A stretch of DNA of 64,000 bases. Source: Phyllobates terribilis. Its lineage: Eukaryota. This document shows positions 37,878-49,459 of the stretch, piece after piece. The DNA lies in NCBI RefSeq assembly GCF_046119375.1, contig NW_027362767.1, forward strand, positions 378,758,001 through 378,822,000. Reading direction: 5' to 3'. The notes below the pieces were generated by a model that saw only the letters and a program-made list of their open reading frames with translations, ran no database searches and had not been told where the DNA came from. Each line of letters starts with the position of its first letter. Within the stretch, counting starts at the first letter, position 1. A program made the translations under genes and the position numbers.

Positions 37878-39494
37878 CACATGTGGTCAAAATTGTTGGT
37901 ACCCCTCGTTCAATGAAAGAAAAACCCACAATGGTCACAGAAATAACTTGAATCTGACAAAAGTAATAATAAATTAAAAATCTATGAAAATGAACAAATG
38001 AAAGTCAGACATTGCTTTTCCACCCTGCTTCCATAGAATTTTTTCAAAAATTGAAGTCATGAAATAGGCCTGGACAGAAATGATGGTATCCCTGAAAATA
38101 ATGTGACAACAGCGACATGTTAAATCAAGTTGTGTCCACTAATTAGCATCACAGGTGTCTACAATCTTGTAATCAGTCAGTGGGCCGGTATATAGGGCTG
38201 CAGATACTCACTGTGCTGTTTGGTGACATGGTGTGTACCACACTCAATATGGACCAGAGGAAGCAAAGGAAAGAGTTGTCTCAGGAGATTAGAAAGAACA
38301 TTATTGACAAGCATGTTAAAGGTAAAGGTTATAAGACCATCTCCAAGAAGCTTGATGTTCCTGTGACTACAGTTGCACATATTATTCAGAAATTTAAGAT
38401 CCATGTGACTGTAGCCAATCTCCCTGGATGTGGCCGTAGGAGGAAAATTGATGACAAATCAAAGAGACGGATAATACGAATGGTAACAAAAGAGCCCAGG
38501 ATAACTTCTAAAGAGATTAAAGGTGAACTGCAAGCTCAAGGAACATCGGTGTCAGATCGATCGCACCATCCGTCGTTGTTTGATCCAAAGTGGACTTCAT
38601 GGGAGATGACCAAAGAGAACACCATTGTTGAAAAAAATCATAAAAAAGCCAGACTGGAATTTGCCAAAACTACATGTTGACAAGTCACAAAGCTTCTGGG
38701 AGAATGTCCTATGGACAGATGAGACAAGAATGGAAGTTTTTAGCAAGGCACATCAGCTCTATGTTCACAGATGGAAAAATGAAGCATATCAAGAAAATTA
38801 CGCTGTCCCTACTGTGAAACATGGAGGAGGCTCTTATGTTCTGGGGCTGCTTTGCTGCATCTGGCACAGGGTGTCTTGAATCTGTGCAGGTTACAATGAA
38901 ATCTCACGACTATCAAGGGATTCTAGAGAGAAATGTGCTGCCCAGTGTCAGAAAGCTTGGTCTCAGTCGCAGGTCATGGGTCTTGCAACAGGATAATGAC
39001 CCAAAACACATAGCAAAAAACACCCAAGAATGGCTAAGAGGAAAACATTGGACTATTCTGAAGTGGCCTTCTATGAGCCCTGACCTAAATCCTATTATCT
39101 TTGGAAAGAGCTGAAACATGGCGTCTGGAAAAGGCAACCTTCACACACGAGACAACTGGAGCAGTTTGCTCATGAGGAGTGGCCAAAATACCTGTCGAGA
39201 GGTGCAGAAGTCTCATTGACAGTTACAGGAATCGTTTGATTGCAGTGATTGCCTCAAAAGATTGTTCAACAAAAAAGTTAAGAAGAACCATCATTTCTGT
39301 CCAGGCCGATTTCATGAGTTTAATTTTTTTTTAAATTCTGTGGAAGCAAGGTTGAAAAGCAATGTCTGACTTTCATTTGTTCATTTTCATAGATTTTTAA
39401 TTTATTATTACTTTTGTCAGATTCAAGTTATTTCTGTGACCACTGTGGGTTTTTCTTTCATTAAACGAAGGGTACCAACAATTTTGACCTCGTG
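37878..39494 (+). mobile_element. Tc1 transposon with long TIRs, frameshifted transposase
   Basis: TA TSDs; cacatgtggtcaaaattgttggtacc...ggtaccaacaattttgacctcgtg; MDQRKQRKELSQ (38249), [14 protein letters not shown]. Confidence 0.93.
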
Positions 39495-40071
39495 TATATA
39501 TTAATAATGTATATTACTACTCCATGAATCAACTGCTGCTCTATAGAAATGCATAGAGGAGACTTCTAATTCTTCTCAATGGCTCCAAAATCCTTTTTGG
39601 ATAACCCCTGTGCAGAAGTCCTATTTAGGCATCATGATGTCATATAGTTTCTCTAATTTTGGTGCTCAGGATCTCTGCCCTGAACCCGCTCTATGAGCCG
39701 AGGCCTCTGTAAAGATCGTGGTTAATGAGCAGCTTTCTCCGGAGATAAAAGCTGATACTTAGGAAGCTTTATTATAACACAGGGCTGTCGACTTTGGAGA
39801 CAAATTTCCACCTTTTCATTATAACCTGATGTGTAAAATGTTTCTCATAATAAGACTTTCGAGAAGATGGGCTCTCAGTACCGCAGCTTCGATCATCTAG
39901 CCAACCCTGGGTGCTATAGGTTTTGTACAAATGCTGATAATCCCAAGAGCTGCCCTCATAGAGCCCATGAAGAGGCGGCCACCAGGATGACCGTCGTATA
40001 CAGAGGACCTATGTATAAAGACCAAAGCATGAGGGTGGACATCTAGATATTGAATGCAGAGGGCTGTGTAT

Positions 40072-40626
40072 TCAGATCCTAATCTCAGGCAGTAAGTTAC
40101 AGCTGGTTATTATGTCAATCTTCTCCGACACCCCTTTCAAGTCATCAAGAGCGAGTCTGATATTGTGGGACGCATTAATGATTGCATTCTGGGAGTTGCT
40201 CAGTTGAGCCGTCAGTGTCCGGATCTCATTAGTGGTCGTATGGTAGACCTGCCGGATGGTGGTGTTGACATCGTGGTAAAGACGAGCATTGCTTTCCAGC
40301 AGTTTTTGCTGTAGCAACGTGCTGTAGCGTCCTGCTTGCTGTATATTGACAATAGGCTTTTCTTCAAAACTAACGGGAGAACTTTCTCCTTCATTCCTGA
40401 TGACCACTAATGGAGGAAGATCCTTCTCTAAACACATGGAAGGAGTCTTATTTTTCTTAATGTCTTCATCATCCTCTTCATCGGTCTCTGAGGCTTCTCC
40501 TTGGATTTTTACACCACATGTACCAGAAACTGATCTTGTTGGGACAGAAGTCACATACATCTCCTCTTCGTCATCAGTTTCAGAAGCTTCCCCCTTTATG
40601 ATTGTTTGGAAACCTTGAGAAGACAT
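40072..40626 (-). CDS. BLOC1S3: Biogenesis of lysosome-related organelles complex 1 subunit 3, single coding exon, 184 aa
   Basis: Duplicated GEASETD motifs, DLPPLVV, LLQQKLLESNARLYHDV and KIDIITSCNLLPEI match BLOC1S3. Acceptor ttctctattctcag lies 10 nt upstream of the ATG (exon starts 40636). Confidence 0.95.
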   Translation of the reverse strand: MSSQGFQTIIKGEASETDDEEEMYVTSVPTRSVSGTCGVKIQGEASETDEEDDEDIKKNKTPSMCLEKDLPPLVVIRNEGESSPVSFEEKPIVNIQQAGRYSTLLQQKLLESNARLYHDVNTTIRQVYHTTTNEIRTLTAQLSNSQNAIINASHNIRLALDDLKGVSEKIDIITSCNLLPEIRI

Positions 40627-41212
40627 TTCTGACCAGCTGAGAATAGAGAAGACAAGGATGATTCACTTGTACACAGATACTCTAATAATAATTTTGGCTA
40701 ACAGTCATCTCTCTAATACAAATGGAAGCTTGGCTCAGTGGAGAAACCCTGTGTTCTCTATGAGAGAGACCCCTCTGATGGCGGCTTATCTCCCAAAGAA
40801 CTGAAGACTTTTGGCCAATACCGGCAGATTTTGTCAACTTTAGTCTAATGTTTACGGGAGACTTAGGGTTAATTTGGCTCTTATGAAATTTGCCTAAGGC
40901 ATCATTCAGATGGCTGTAATCAAGACGCATTTTTGAATCCAAATCATGGCTGCATGTCTTGTCTAATAATATATATATTAGTACAGACCAAAAGTTTGGA
41001 CACACCTTCTCATTTAAAGATTTGTCTGTATTTTCATGACTTTGAAAATTGTACATTCACACTGAAGGCATCAAAACTATGAATTTACACATGTGGAATT
41101 ATATACTTAACAAAAAAGTGTGAAACAACTGAAAATAGGGTCATTCCACATCAAGTGGACCAGTTTTAAAAATCGTCCCCACTCGACCTTCTCCGATTTT
41201 GTTGAAAATTTA

Positions 41213-42273
41213 CAGTGCCTACAAGTAGTATTCAACCCCCTGCAGAATTAGCTGGTTTGATAAGATGCAAATAAGTTAGAGCCTTCAAACTGCAAACGAG
41301 AGTAGGTTTTATGAACAGAAACATAAATCTTACAAACCAAAAGTTATGTTGCTCAGTTGAATTTTATTAAATTTTAAACATAAAAGTGTGGGTCAATTAT
41401 TATACAACCCCTATGTTTAATATTTTGTGGAATAACCCTTGTTTGCAATTACAGCTAATAATCGTCTTTTATAAGAAACAGCCCCACAGCATGATGCTGC
41501 CACCACCATGCTTGACTGTAGGGATGGTATTCTTGGGGTCGTATGCAGTGCCATCCAGTCTCCAAACGTCACGTGTGTGGTTGGCACCAAAGGTCTCGAT
41601 CTTGGTCTCATCAGACCATAGAACCTTGAACCAGTCTGTCTCAGAGTCCTCCAAGTGATCATGAGCAAACTGTAGACGAGCCTTGACATGACGCTTTGAA
41701 AGTAAAGGTACCTTACGGGCTCGTCTGGAACGGAGACCATTGCGGTGGAGTACGTTACTTATGGTATTGACTGAAACCAATGTCCCCACTGCCATGAGAT
41801 CTTCCCGGAGCACCTTCCTTGTTGTCCTTGGGTTAGCCTTGACTCTTCGGACAAGCCTGGCCTCGGCACGGGAGGACACTTTCAAAGGCTGTCCTGGCCG
41901 TGGAAGGCTAACAGTAGTTCCATAAGCCTTCCACTTACGGATGATGCTCCCAACAGTGGAGACAGGTAGGCCCAACTCCTTGGAAAGGGTTTTGTACCCC
42001 TTGCCAGCCTTGTGACCCTCCACGATCTTGTCTCTGATGGCCTTGGAATGCTCCTTTGTCTTTCCCATGTTGACCATGTCTGAGTGCTGTTCACAAGTTT
42101 GGGGAGGGTCTTAAATAGTCAGAAAAGGCTGGCAAAAGAGATCTTTAATCCACACATGTGAAGCTCATTATTCTTGGTGCCTGAACTACTTCTTAATACT
42201 TTTGGGGGACCAAACAGAATTCTTGTGGTTTGAGGGGTTGAATAATAAATGACACTCTGAATTAACTTTTAAC

Positions 42274-42312
<39 letters not shown>

Positions 42313-42431
42313 CTGCAGTGCATTTCCCACTTCCAGGCTGATCTACAGTACAAATGTCACAATGCCAAGTTAATTCCGCATGTGTCAACCAGCTAAATCT
42401 GCAGGGGGTTGAATACTACTTGTAGGCACTG
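41213..42431 (-). mobile_element. Internally deleted Tc1 transposon inserted at a TA in the left TIR of the Sola2 element
   Basis: TA TSDs; cagtgcctacaagtagtattcaaccccctgcaga at both ends; ORF 41469-42077 MGKTKEHSK...WSDETK...MLWGCF jumps to the C-terminal YKRRLLAVIANKG, so the second and third catalytic residues are deleted. Confidence 0.93.
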
Positions 42432-43245
42432 TATAAGGATGTACATGTATGTTTGAAAAGAGGTTCTGTAAATTTTTAGGGCCAGATCTCAAATACATTG
42501 GGCACTGTTGACCTTTCACTGGAGGTTCCACCAAGCCTGCGGCTTCAGCTAAGAGGATTTTGCAAACTTTGGCACATAGCCATTAGAGTTCTATACTGGC
42601 TATGATGCTGAAATTTGGCATACTAGCTCAACTTTTGCTGCTAAACACGATAAAATTATTACCGGCTATGACAAAACAATATTTCGGCCGCAATTTTGTG
42701 TCAAAGTAGCTTGTAAAACGCGTCGCATAAAATTTATGCCAAACTTTGCCCATATATAACTCAAGACCAAAAACCAATAGTAACTGGTGCTTTGCCCTGT
42801 ACACCAAACATCTACATGACTTTGCATTGCTGCAATATCACGGTCAAACCATATGTATTTGTGGAAATATTCACACCCACATATGATGAAAAACTTAAAA
42901 AAAAACGAATTTTACCTATTTTTAGGTCAAATTTCTCAAAAAGGGTACCCCTAAAATATATTAATTCTGATATCATTAGAAAGAGCACATTTTTCTCTAC
43001 AAGGATCATTGTTTTTTTTTTTGGAGTCTCTCAGTTTAAGAAAAGAAAAATGCCACTGAACATCGTGTTATTTATGCGCGTAATGCATTGATTTTGTGTT
43101 TGATTTTCAGATTCTTATCACATGTTACAGAGTTGTATTGTTGCTAGCAATGTCTATTATAATCAAAAACCTATAAACCTTTTTGTTTATGAAAAGTTAT
43201 TGACTATTGTTACATTTTAATGCATATATTATTTATTTTTTAGCG

Positions 43246-45583
43246 ATGGAGAATGAAATTGATGAAGAATCGGCCCAGTGCTCTATCGGCCTTGCGAACA
43301 TTTCGAAGTGCCACCTTAAGACATTCACCCATAGCAAGGATGAGTTGAAATTGTTCACAAGCTTTGGATTGGATGAACAGAAATTGCTGCGTCGATGAGT
43401 GGGACTAAATTTTGACGAACATTCACAAATCTGTTTACACCATGAAGCTTCATTCTTGACCAAATATGAGCATTTGCAAAAATCGTGTTGCAATCCTTTT
43501 GGGAAGAAAGGTCATAACACCAAAAAGAATTTGCGAGCTATCAATTTGTTAGCAGCTGACCAGTTGAATGAATTTACAAAGAATGATGTGAAGCCTGGCC
43601 AGAAGATGTGTGCATCATGTCGAAAAGAATTTGCTAACAGGAAAAAATCAGCTGATCCAGTTTCCTCTGAATGAGATCCAGATGGAATGGAATGTTCTCC
43701 TGAAAGTCTAAATTCAAGCTTAACATCCATTGGCATCTCTCCTCTGAAATATCCACGGGTAAGCCAGCGGGATTCACTTGGATATGCAAGGAGAAAGATA
43801 AGCCAGGTACAAAATGCATTTTCTAGCAAGATTGCTTCAATTGGAGGGCTTGAGTCGAAAGACATTGAGCAAACAAAAACAGCACAGTGCAAAATGTGTC
43901 TGGATTACAATCACCTTTTGGCAGATTTGAAGCAAAAGCTGCAGGTGTCCAGTCAGGCAGAAAAGGTCCAAATCTTGACATTGGCACCTAAAAGTTGGTC
44001 CATTAAGGCTATATCAGACGAATTCGGTGTCTCAAAAAATAGTCGCAAAAGCGACTATTACTGAGCAATATGAGGGAAATGTTTGTTGCCTATCGGGATC
44101 GGAATTTCCCTGAAATTGGATTTTCCAAGTTTTGTGAGCTTCGGCCAAAGTGGTGCGTAACCGTTGGATCTGCTGGAACACATTCCATTTGTGTGTGTAC
44201 CATTCACCAAAATGTCAAACTAATGCTTGCAGCATGCCCAATCAATGATGACTACAAAGAGCTCATATGCAAAATGGTCTGTGGAATTGAATCCAAGGAC
44301 TGTATGCTTGGCCGTTGTGATAAATGCCTGGGTCCTGAAGTTTTAAAAGAATTTCTAGTCAATGTGTTTGTCAACAGTGACCCTGAAGATATTATTGAGT
44401 TCAAGCAACGGATTCACACTGATCGAGACACGCTTGATGCCAAACAACTGACTATAGAAGATTTCATTGAAGAATTAGTTTTGAAAATTTCTAAACTTTG
44501 TAGCCATCACTACATTGCCAAGCATCAAAGTAGCTATTTGAAATCGTTGAAGGAAAATCTGAGACCTGGAGAGCTGGTGATCCTTATGGACTTTGCTGAA
44601 AATTACTCATTTATTGTTCAAGATGCCATTCAAGGTTTCCACTGGGAAAATAGTCAAGCTACAGTACACCCATTTGTAATTTACTTCAAGGAGTTAAATG
44701 GTGAAGCTGCGCAGAACATCAGCTTGTGCATAATCAGTGATTGCTCACGACATGACACAGTTGCAGTCCACACTTTCTTAACAGTAATTGTGGAGTATCT
44801 CAAGACTCTCATCTATGAGAGTCGTCATATCCACTACTTCAGCGATGGATCTGCAGCCCAGTACAAAAATTTCAAAAATGTTCTCAACTTGTGCCACCAC
44901 AATGCTGATTTCAATATCAGCGCTGAATGGAATTTTTTTGGTGCCAGTCATGGAAAGTCGCCCTGTGATGGGATTGGAGGGACAGCAAAGAGGTTGGCAG
45001 CTCGTGCCAGTCTTCAACGCCCAACTGAAAACCAAATACTGACCCCGGTGGATTTATTCAACTTTTGCAACGAGCAACTGCATGGAATCAAATTTTTTTT
45101 TGTTCCAAAAGAAAAAATTGACGAAATACGGGTAAGTTCAAGAGGAAAGGTTCAAAGATGGACATACAATTGCTGGAACAAGAGAAAATCACCAGTTTGT
45201 GCCAATTGATGACAAAAAGATTCGCATTTCAAGGGTGTCAAATGACCCATCATCTTTCATTGCCCAAGTAGATAGATCTGTCATATCAGAAATGCCTTTT
45301 GTGCCAATTGCAAACCTCCAGCCAGGGCAATACATTGCCTGCATTTACGATAGGAACTATTTCTGAAATTTCAGTCGACGACCATGATGCATTAATAAAT
45401 TTTATGCATCCTCATGGACCAGCTAGCTTCTTTCACTGGCCTGTGAGAAATGATACATGCTGGATTCCCGAGCAGTCAATCATTGCAATAATTCCAGCAC
45501 CAGCTGCAACAGCAATGGGCCGACAATACAGCTTCTCTGAACCGATTATGTTGCAAATTCAGCAACAATTCCAGACCACTTAG
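43246..45583 (+). pseudogene. Sola2-type DDD transposase pseudogene with an N-terminal Cys/His domain
   Basis: Stops at 43396 and 43672, a deletion/frameshift near 44040 (EFGVSK joined to QKRLLLSNMRE), frameshifts near 45135 and 45360. Motifs IGFSKFCELRPKWC, MDFAENY, FSDGSAAQYKN, SHGKSPCDGIGG. Splice acceptor just before the ATG. Confidence 0.88.
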
Positions 45584-46599
45584 ACTGAACATTATGGCTT
45601 GGGAACCAACAAAAGATACCCAATATTAGGCTTGGGATCCTAGGCAAAGACACCCACCCTCAGGCTACGGAACCTGCGATAAAGAGACCGCCCGCGGCTG
45701 GCCTTGCACGGCTATCGGCCATGGCTCCTAGGCGATGGGGCTGCCAATTCTCGAAAGACAGCATTATTACAATTCTTAATAGAATTATAATACCAATTCT
45801 TAGGGAATTGGTTGCGGTATAACCACCATGGACCAACGCAAGGGTTTGAATAGTGCAGTTACCATTCATTGCGTATTAATAAATAACACCATGTTCAGTG
45901 GCATTTTTCTTTTCTTAAACTGAGGGACTCCAAAAAAAAAAAAAAAACAATGATCCTTGTAGAGAAAAATGTGCTCTTACTAATGATATCAGAATTAATA
46001 TATTTTAGGGGTACCCTTTTTGAGAAATTTGACCTAAAAATAGGTAAAATTCGTTTTTTTTTAAGTTTTTCATCATATGTGGGTGTGAATATTTCCACAA
46101 ATACATATGGTTTGACCGTGATATTGCAGCAATGCAAAGTCATGTAGATGTTTGGTGTACAGGGCAAAGCACCAGTTACTATTGGTTTTTGGTCTTGAGT
46201 TATATATGAGCAAAGTTTGGCATAAATTTTATGCGACACGTTTCACAAGCTACTTTGACACAAAATTGCGGCCGAAATATTGTTTTGTCATAGCCGGTAA
46301 TAATTTTATCGTGTTTAGCAGCAAAAGTTGAGCTAGTATGCCAAATTTCAGCATCATAGCCAGTATAGAACTCTAATGGCTATGTGCCAAAGTTTGCAAA
46401 ATCCTCTTAGCTGAAGCCGTAGGCTTGGTGGAACCTCCAGTGAAAGGTCAACAGTGCCCAATGTATTTGAGATCTGGCCCTAAAAATTAATAGAACCTCT
46501 TTTCAAACATACATGTACATCCTTATAAATTTTCAGCAAAATCGGAGAAGGTCGAGTGGGGACCACTGGTCCGCTTGACATGGAATGACTCAATATGTC

Positions 46600-47662
46600 T
46601 TATATTCTAGGTTCTTCAAAGTAGCCACCTTTTGCTTTGATGACTGCTTTGCACACTCTTGGCATTCTCTTGATGAGCTTCAAGAGGTAGTCACCGGAAA
46701 TGGTCTTCCAACAATCTTGAAGGAGTTCCCAGAGATGCTTAGCACTTGTTGGCCCTTTTGCCTTCACTCTGCGGTCCAGCTCACCCCAAACCATCTCGAT
46801 TGGGTTCAGGTCTGGTGACTGTGGAGGCCAGGTCATCTGGCGTAGCACCCCATCACTCTCCCTCTTGGTCAAATAGCCCTTACACAGCCTGGAGGTGTGT
46901 TTGGGGTCATGGTCCTGTTGAAAAATAAATGATGGTCCAACTAAACACAAACCGGATGGAATAGCATGCTGCTGCAAGATGCTGTGGTAGCCAGGCTGGT
47001 TCAGTATGCCTTCAATTTTGAATAAATCCCCAACAGTGTCACCAGCAAAGCACCCCCACACCATCACACCTCCTCCTCCATGCTTCACGGTGGGAACCAG
47101 GCATGTAGAGTCCATCCGTTCACCTTTTCTGCGTCGCACAAAGACACGGTGGTTGGAACCAAAGATCTCAAATTTGGACTCATCAGACCAAAGCACAGAT
47201 TTCCACTGGTCTAATGTCCATTCCTTGTGTTCTTTAGCCCAAACAAGTCTCTTCTGCTTGTTGCCTGTCCTTAGCAGTGGTTTCCTAGCAGCTATTTTAC
47301 CATGAAGGCCTGCTGCACAAAGTCTCCTCTTAACAGTTGTTGTAGAGATGTGTCTGCTGCTAGAACTCTGTGTGGCATTGACCTGGTCTCTAATCTGAGC
47401 TGCTGTTAACCTGCGATTTCTGAGGCTGGTGACTCGGATAAACTTATCCTCAGAAGCACAGGTGACTCTTGGTCTTCCTTTCCTGGGACGGTCCTCATGT
47501 GAGCCAGTTTCTTTGTAGCGCTTGATGGTTTTTGCAACTGCACTTGGGGACACATTCAAAGTTTGCCCAATTTTTCAGACTGACTGACCTTAATTTCTTA
47601 AAGTAGTGATGGCCACTCGTTTTTCTTTACTTAGAATTTGTATTATGGCAAGAAAAAAGCAG
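46600..47662 (-). pseudogene. DD38E transposase; body open, but the start codon is removed by a 28-bp inversion
   Basis: ORF 46600-47559 is near-identical to 30842-31893; ATGGCAAGAAAAAAGCAG appears on the opposite strand at 47645-47662. Confidence 0.88.
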
Positions 47663-48719
47663 CTAACAGTCTATTCAGTAGGACTATCAGCTGTGTATCC
47701 ACCAGACTTCTGCACAACACAACTGATGGTCCCAACCCCATTTATAAGGCAAGAAATCCCACTTATTAAACCTGACAGGGCACACCTGTGAAGTGAAAAC
47801 CATTTCCGGTGACTACCTCTTGAAGCTCATCAAGAGAATGCCAAGAGTGTGCAAAGCAGTCATCAAAGCAAAAGGTGGCTACTTTGAAGAACCTGGAATA
47901 TAAGACATATTTTCAGTTGTTTCACACTTTTTTGTTAAGTATATAATTCCACATGTGTTAATTCATAGTTTTGATGCCTTCAGTGTGAATGTACAATTTT
48001 CAAAGTCATGAAAATACAGAAAAATCTTTAAATGAGGTGTGTCCAAACTTTTGGTCTGTACTGTATGTGTATATATTAGTTTCCTATGATAAAACTGGAT
48101 CACTGTTGTGCCCATGCACCAACCATCCCAATCACACATCGGCTTTTCACTGATAGACAATAATTGTGCATGTCCTAAGGCCTGTTAACATGCCCGTGTT
48201 TTTTTTTTTTTTTTTGGAGGGGAGGGGGAGGGGGGGGGGGTCTGGACCAAGTGTCCCAAAAACAAACAAAAGAAAAAATGTTGACATGTCCATTTCTGAT
48301 CCAATTTGTGGACCAAACTTGCCCATTTAAGTTAAACTCACATGCAACATTTTAATGGTTTCTGAAGGGATCCTGCAACTTTTGAAAAGAGGCTCAAAAG
48401 AGCAAAACAAATAATTGAGTCGGTGGAAATTCATCAAACACTGCACTTATTTTGATAGATTTAGCAAAAATCCCACTGAAGAAAAAGAACAATAAAAAAA
48501 ACAACAACAAAATGCAAATGATGAATCTTTCTAACACAGCCTGCTGGGGGATGTAGTTCAGCAATATGTGCAAAGTACGGCATGCTGGGAGTTGTAGTTT
48601 TTGCAGCCGGACTATTATAATAGTAACAGAAGGATCAGTACATTCCAAATGGGGTGTGGGAGGAAGAACTGCACAGAGAGGATGGGCAGCAGCGCCATGA
48701 CTGGGGGGCACATCCTCAC

Positions 48720-48850
48720 CTCCCAGATCCTGATCACTGGTAACACCAAGGTATCCAGCACCAAGCAGAGCTGACCAGGAATGAAGGCAGCAGCTCAGTC
48801 ACCTGACCGGAAGTGGGCCAAGACTCCATCATCACAGGTGCCCCCACGTC
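48720..48850 (-). other. BLOC1S3: Probable non-coding first exon of BLOC1S3 (5' limit unknown)
   Basis: Minus-strand donor G|GTGAG at 48719 next to the promoter motifs; the coding exon needs an upstream exon. Confidence 0.5.
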
Positions 48851-49125
48851 ACATACGCGGATTAACCATCAGCTTTACTTCTGCAGACGTTCTGCTTAGA
48901 CCGACGTTCTTACACGTCCGCCAATTAATGCGCGTAGTGTAAATTCGTAAACTTTATAAACAGTTTTAACTGGGAAAAAAAAAAATTACGATATCCGCCG
49001 GAAGTGGGGCATCAGGTGACTAGTGCGCCGGAAGTTGGGCGTCTTAGGGAGCCGGAAGTGGGGCATCAGGTGACGATGACGTTTTGTACAGAGCCGGAAG
49101 TGTAGTTAGAGTAACCCGGAAGAAG
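48795..49125. promoter_or_regulatory. Bidirectional promoter between BLOC1S3 and TRAPPC6 with clustered ETS/GABP motifs
   Basis: CCGGAAGT at 48807, 48998, 49028, 49052 and 49094, CCGGAAG at 49116; CpG-rich; divergent genes on both sides. Confidence 0.8.
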
Positions 49126-49378
49126 GGAATTAGTGTGAATAAGCTGTCTTATCGTAAACATCTCTGTGGTGCAGCCTGCTCCGAGGTCCCGGATGTAGAA
49201 CAGTTATTAGATTTTAAAAAAAAAGAGGAAAAAGAGAAGAGAGACGACTGTCTGCCATATGTCTCACTAACGATAATGTAGTCACCCAGCCTAGGGCACA
49301 GAGGGGTGAGATAAGACGCTGGATTACAGGAGCAGACATCTAATGAGGCAGTGACTGGATCCTGGGACGAGGCTGGCG

Positions 49379-49459
49379 ATGGCGGACGAGACGTTATTCG
49401 CGCTGTTACATATGGAGATGATCTGCCATGCACATAAGAGCGCGGGGCAGGACGAGGAG
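49379..49459 (+). CDS. TRAPPC6A: TRAPPC6 exon 1 (27 codons)
   Basis: gcgATGg start; donor GAG|GTAAGG. Confidence 0.92.

Larger units (their letters stand above)
41138..46591 (+). mobile_element. Sola2-type DNA transposon with TIRs of about 715 bp
   Basis: 5'-GGG/GAG termini (gggtcattcca...tggaatgactc), 4-bp TSD AATA (41134-41137, 46592-46595), TIRs 41138-41212+42434-43074 versus 45879-46591, DDD transposase. The superfamily call is from recalled Sola2 hallmarks. Confidence 0.82.
40979..48063 (-). mobile_element. Second DD38E (Intruder) copy, split by the Sola2-type insertion
   Basis: The same TIRs as 30428-32056 at both ends. The host sequence ctgaa-AATA-tgtctt is rejoined after removing 41138-46591. 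Confidence 0.92.

Noticed and set aside
42277-42308. Long poly-A run (also poly-T at 23327 and 5833, poly-G at 48218)
   Set aside because: No TSD or retrocopy attached; most likely slippage or sequencing inflation.
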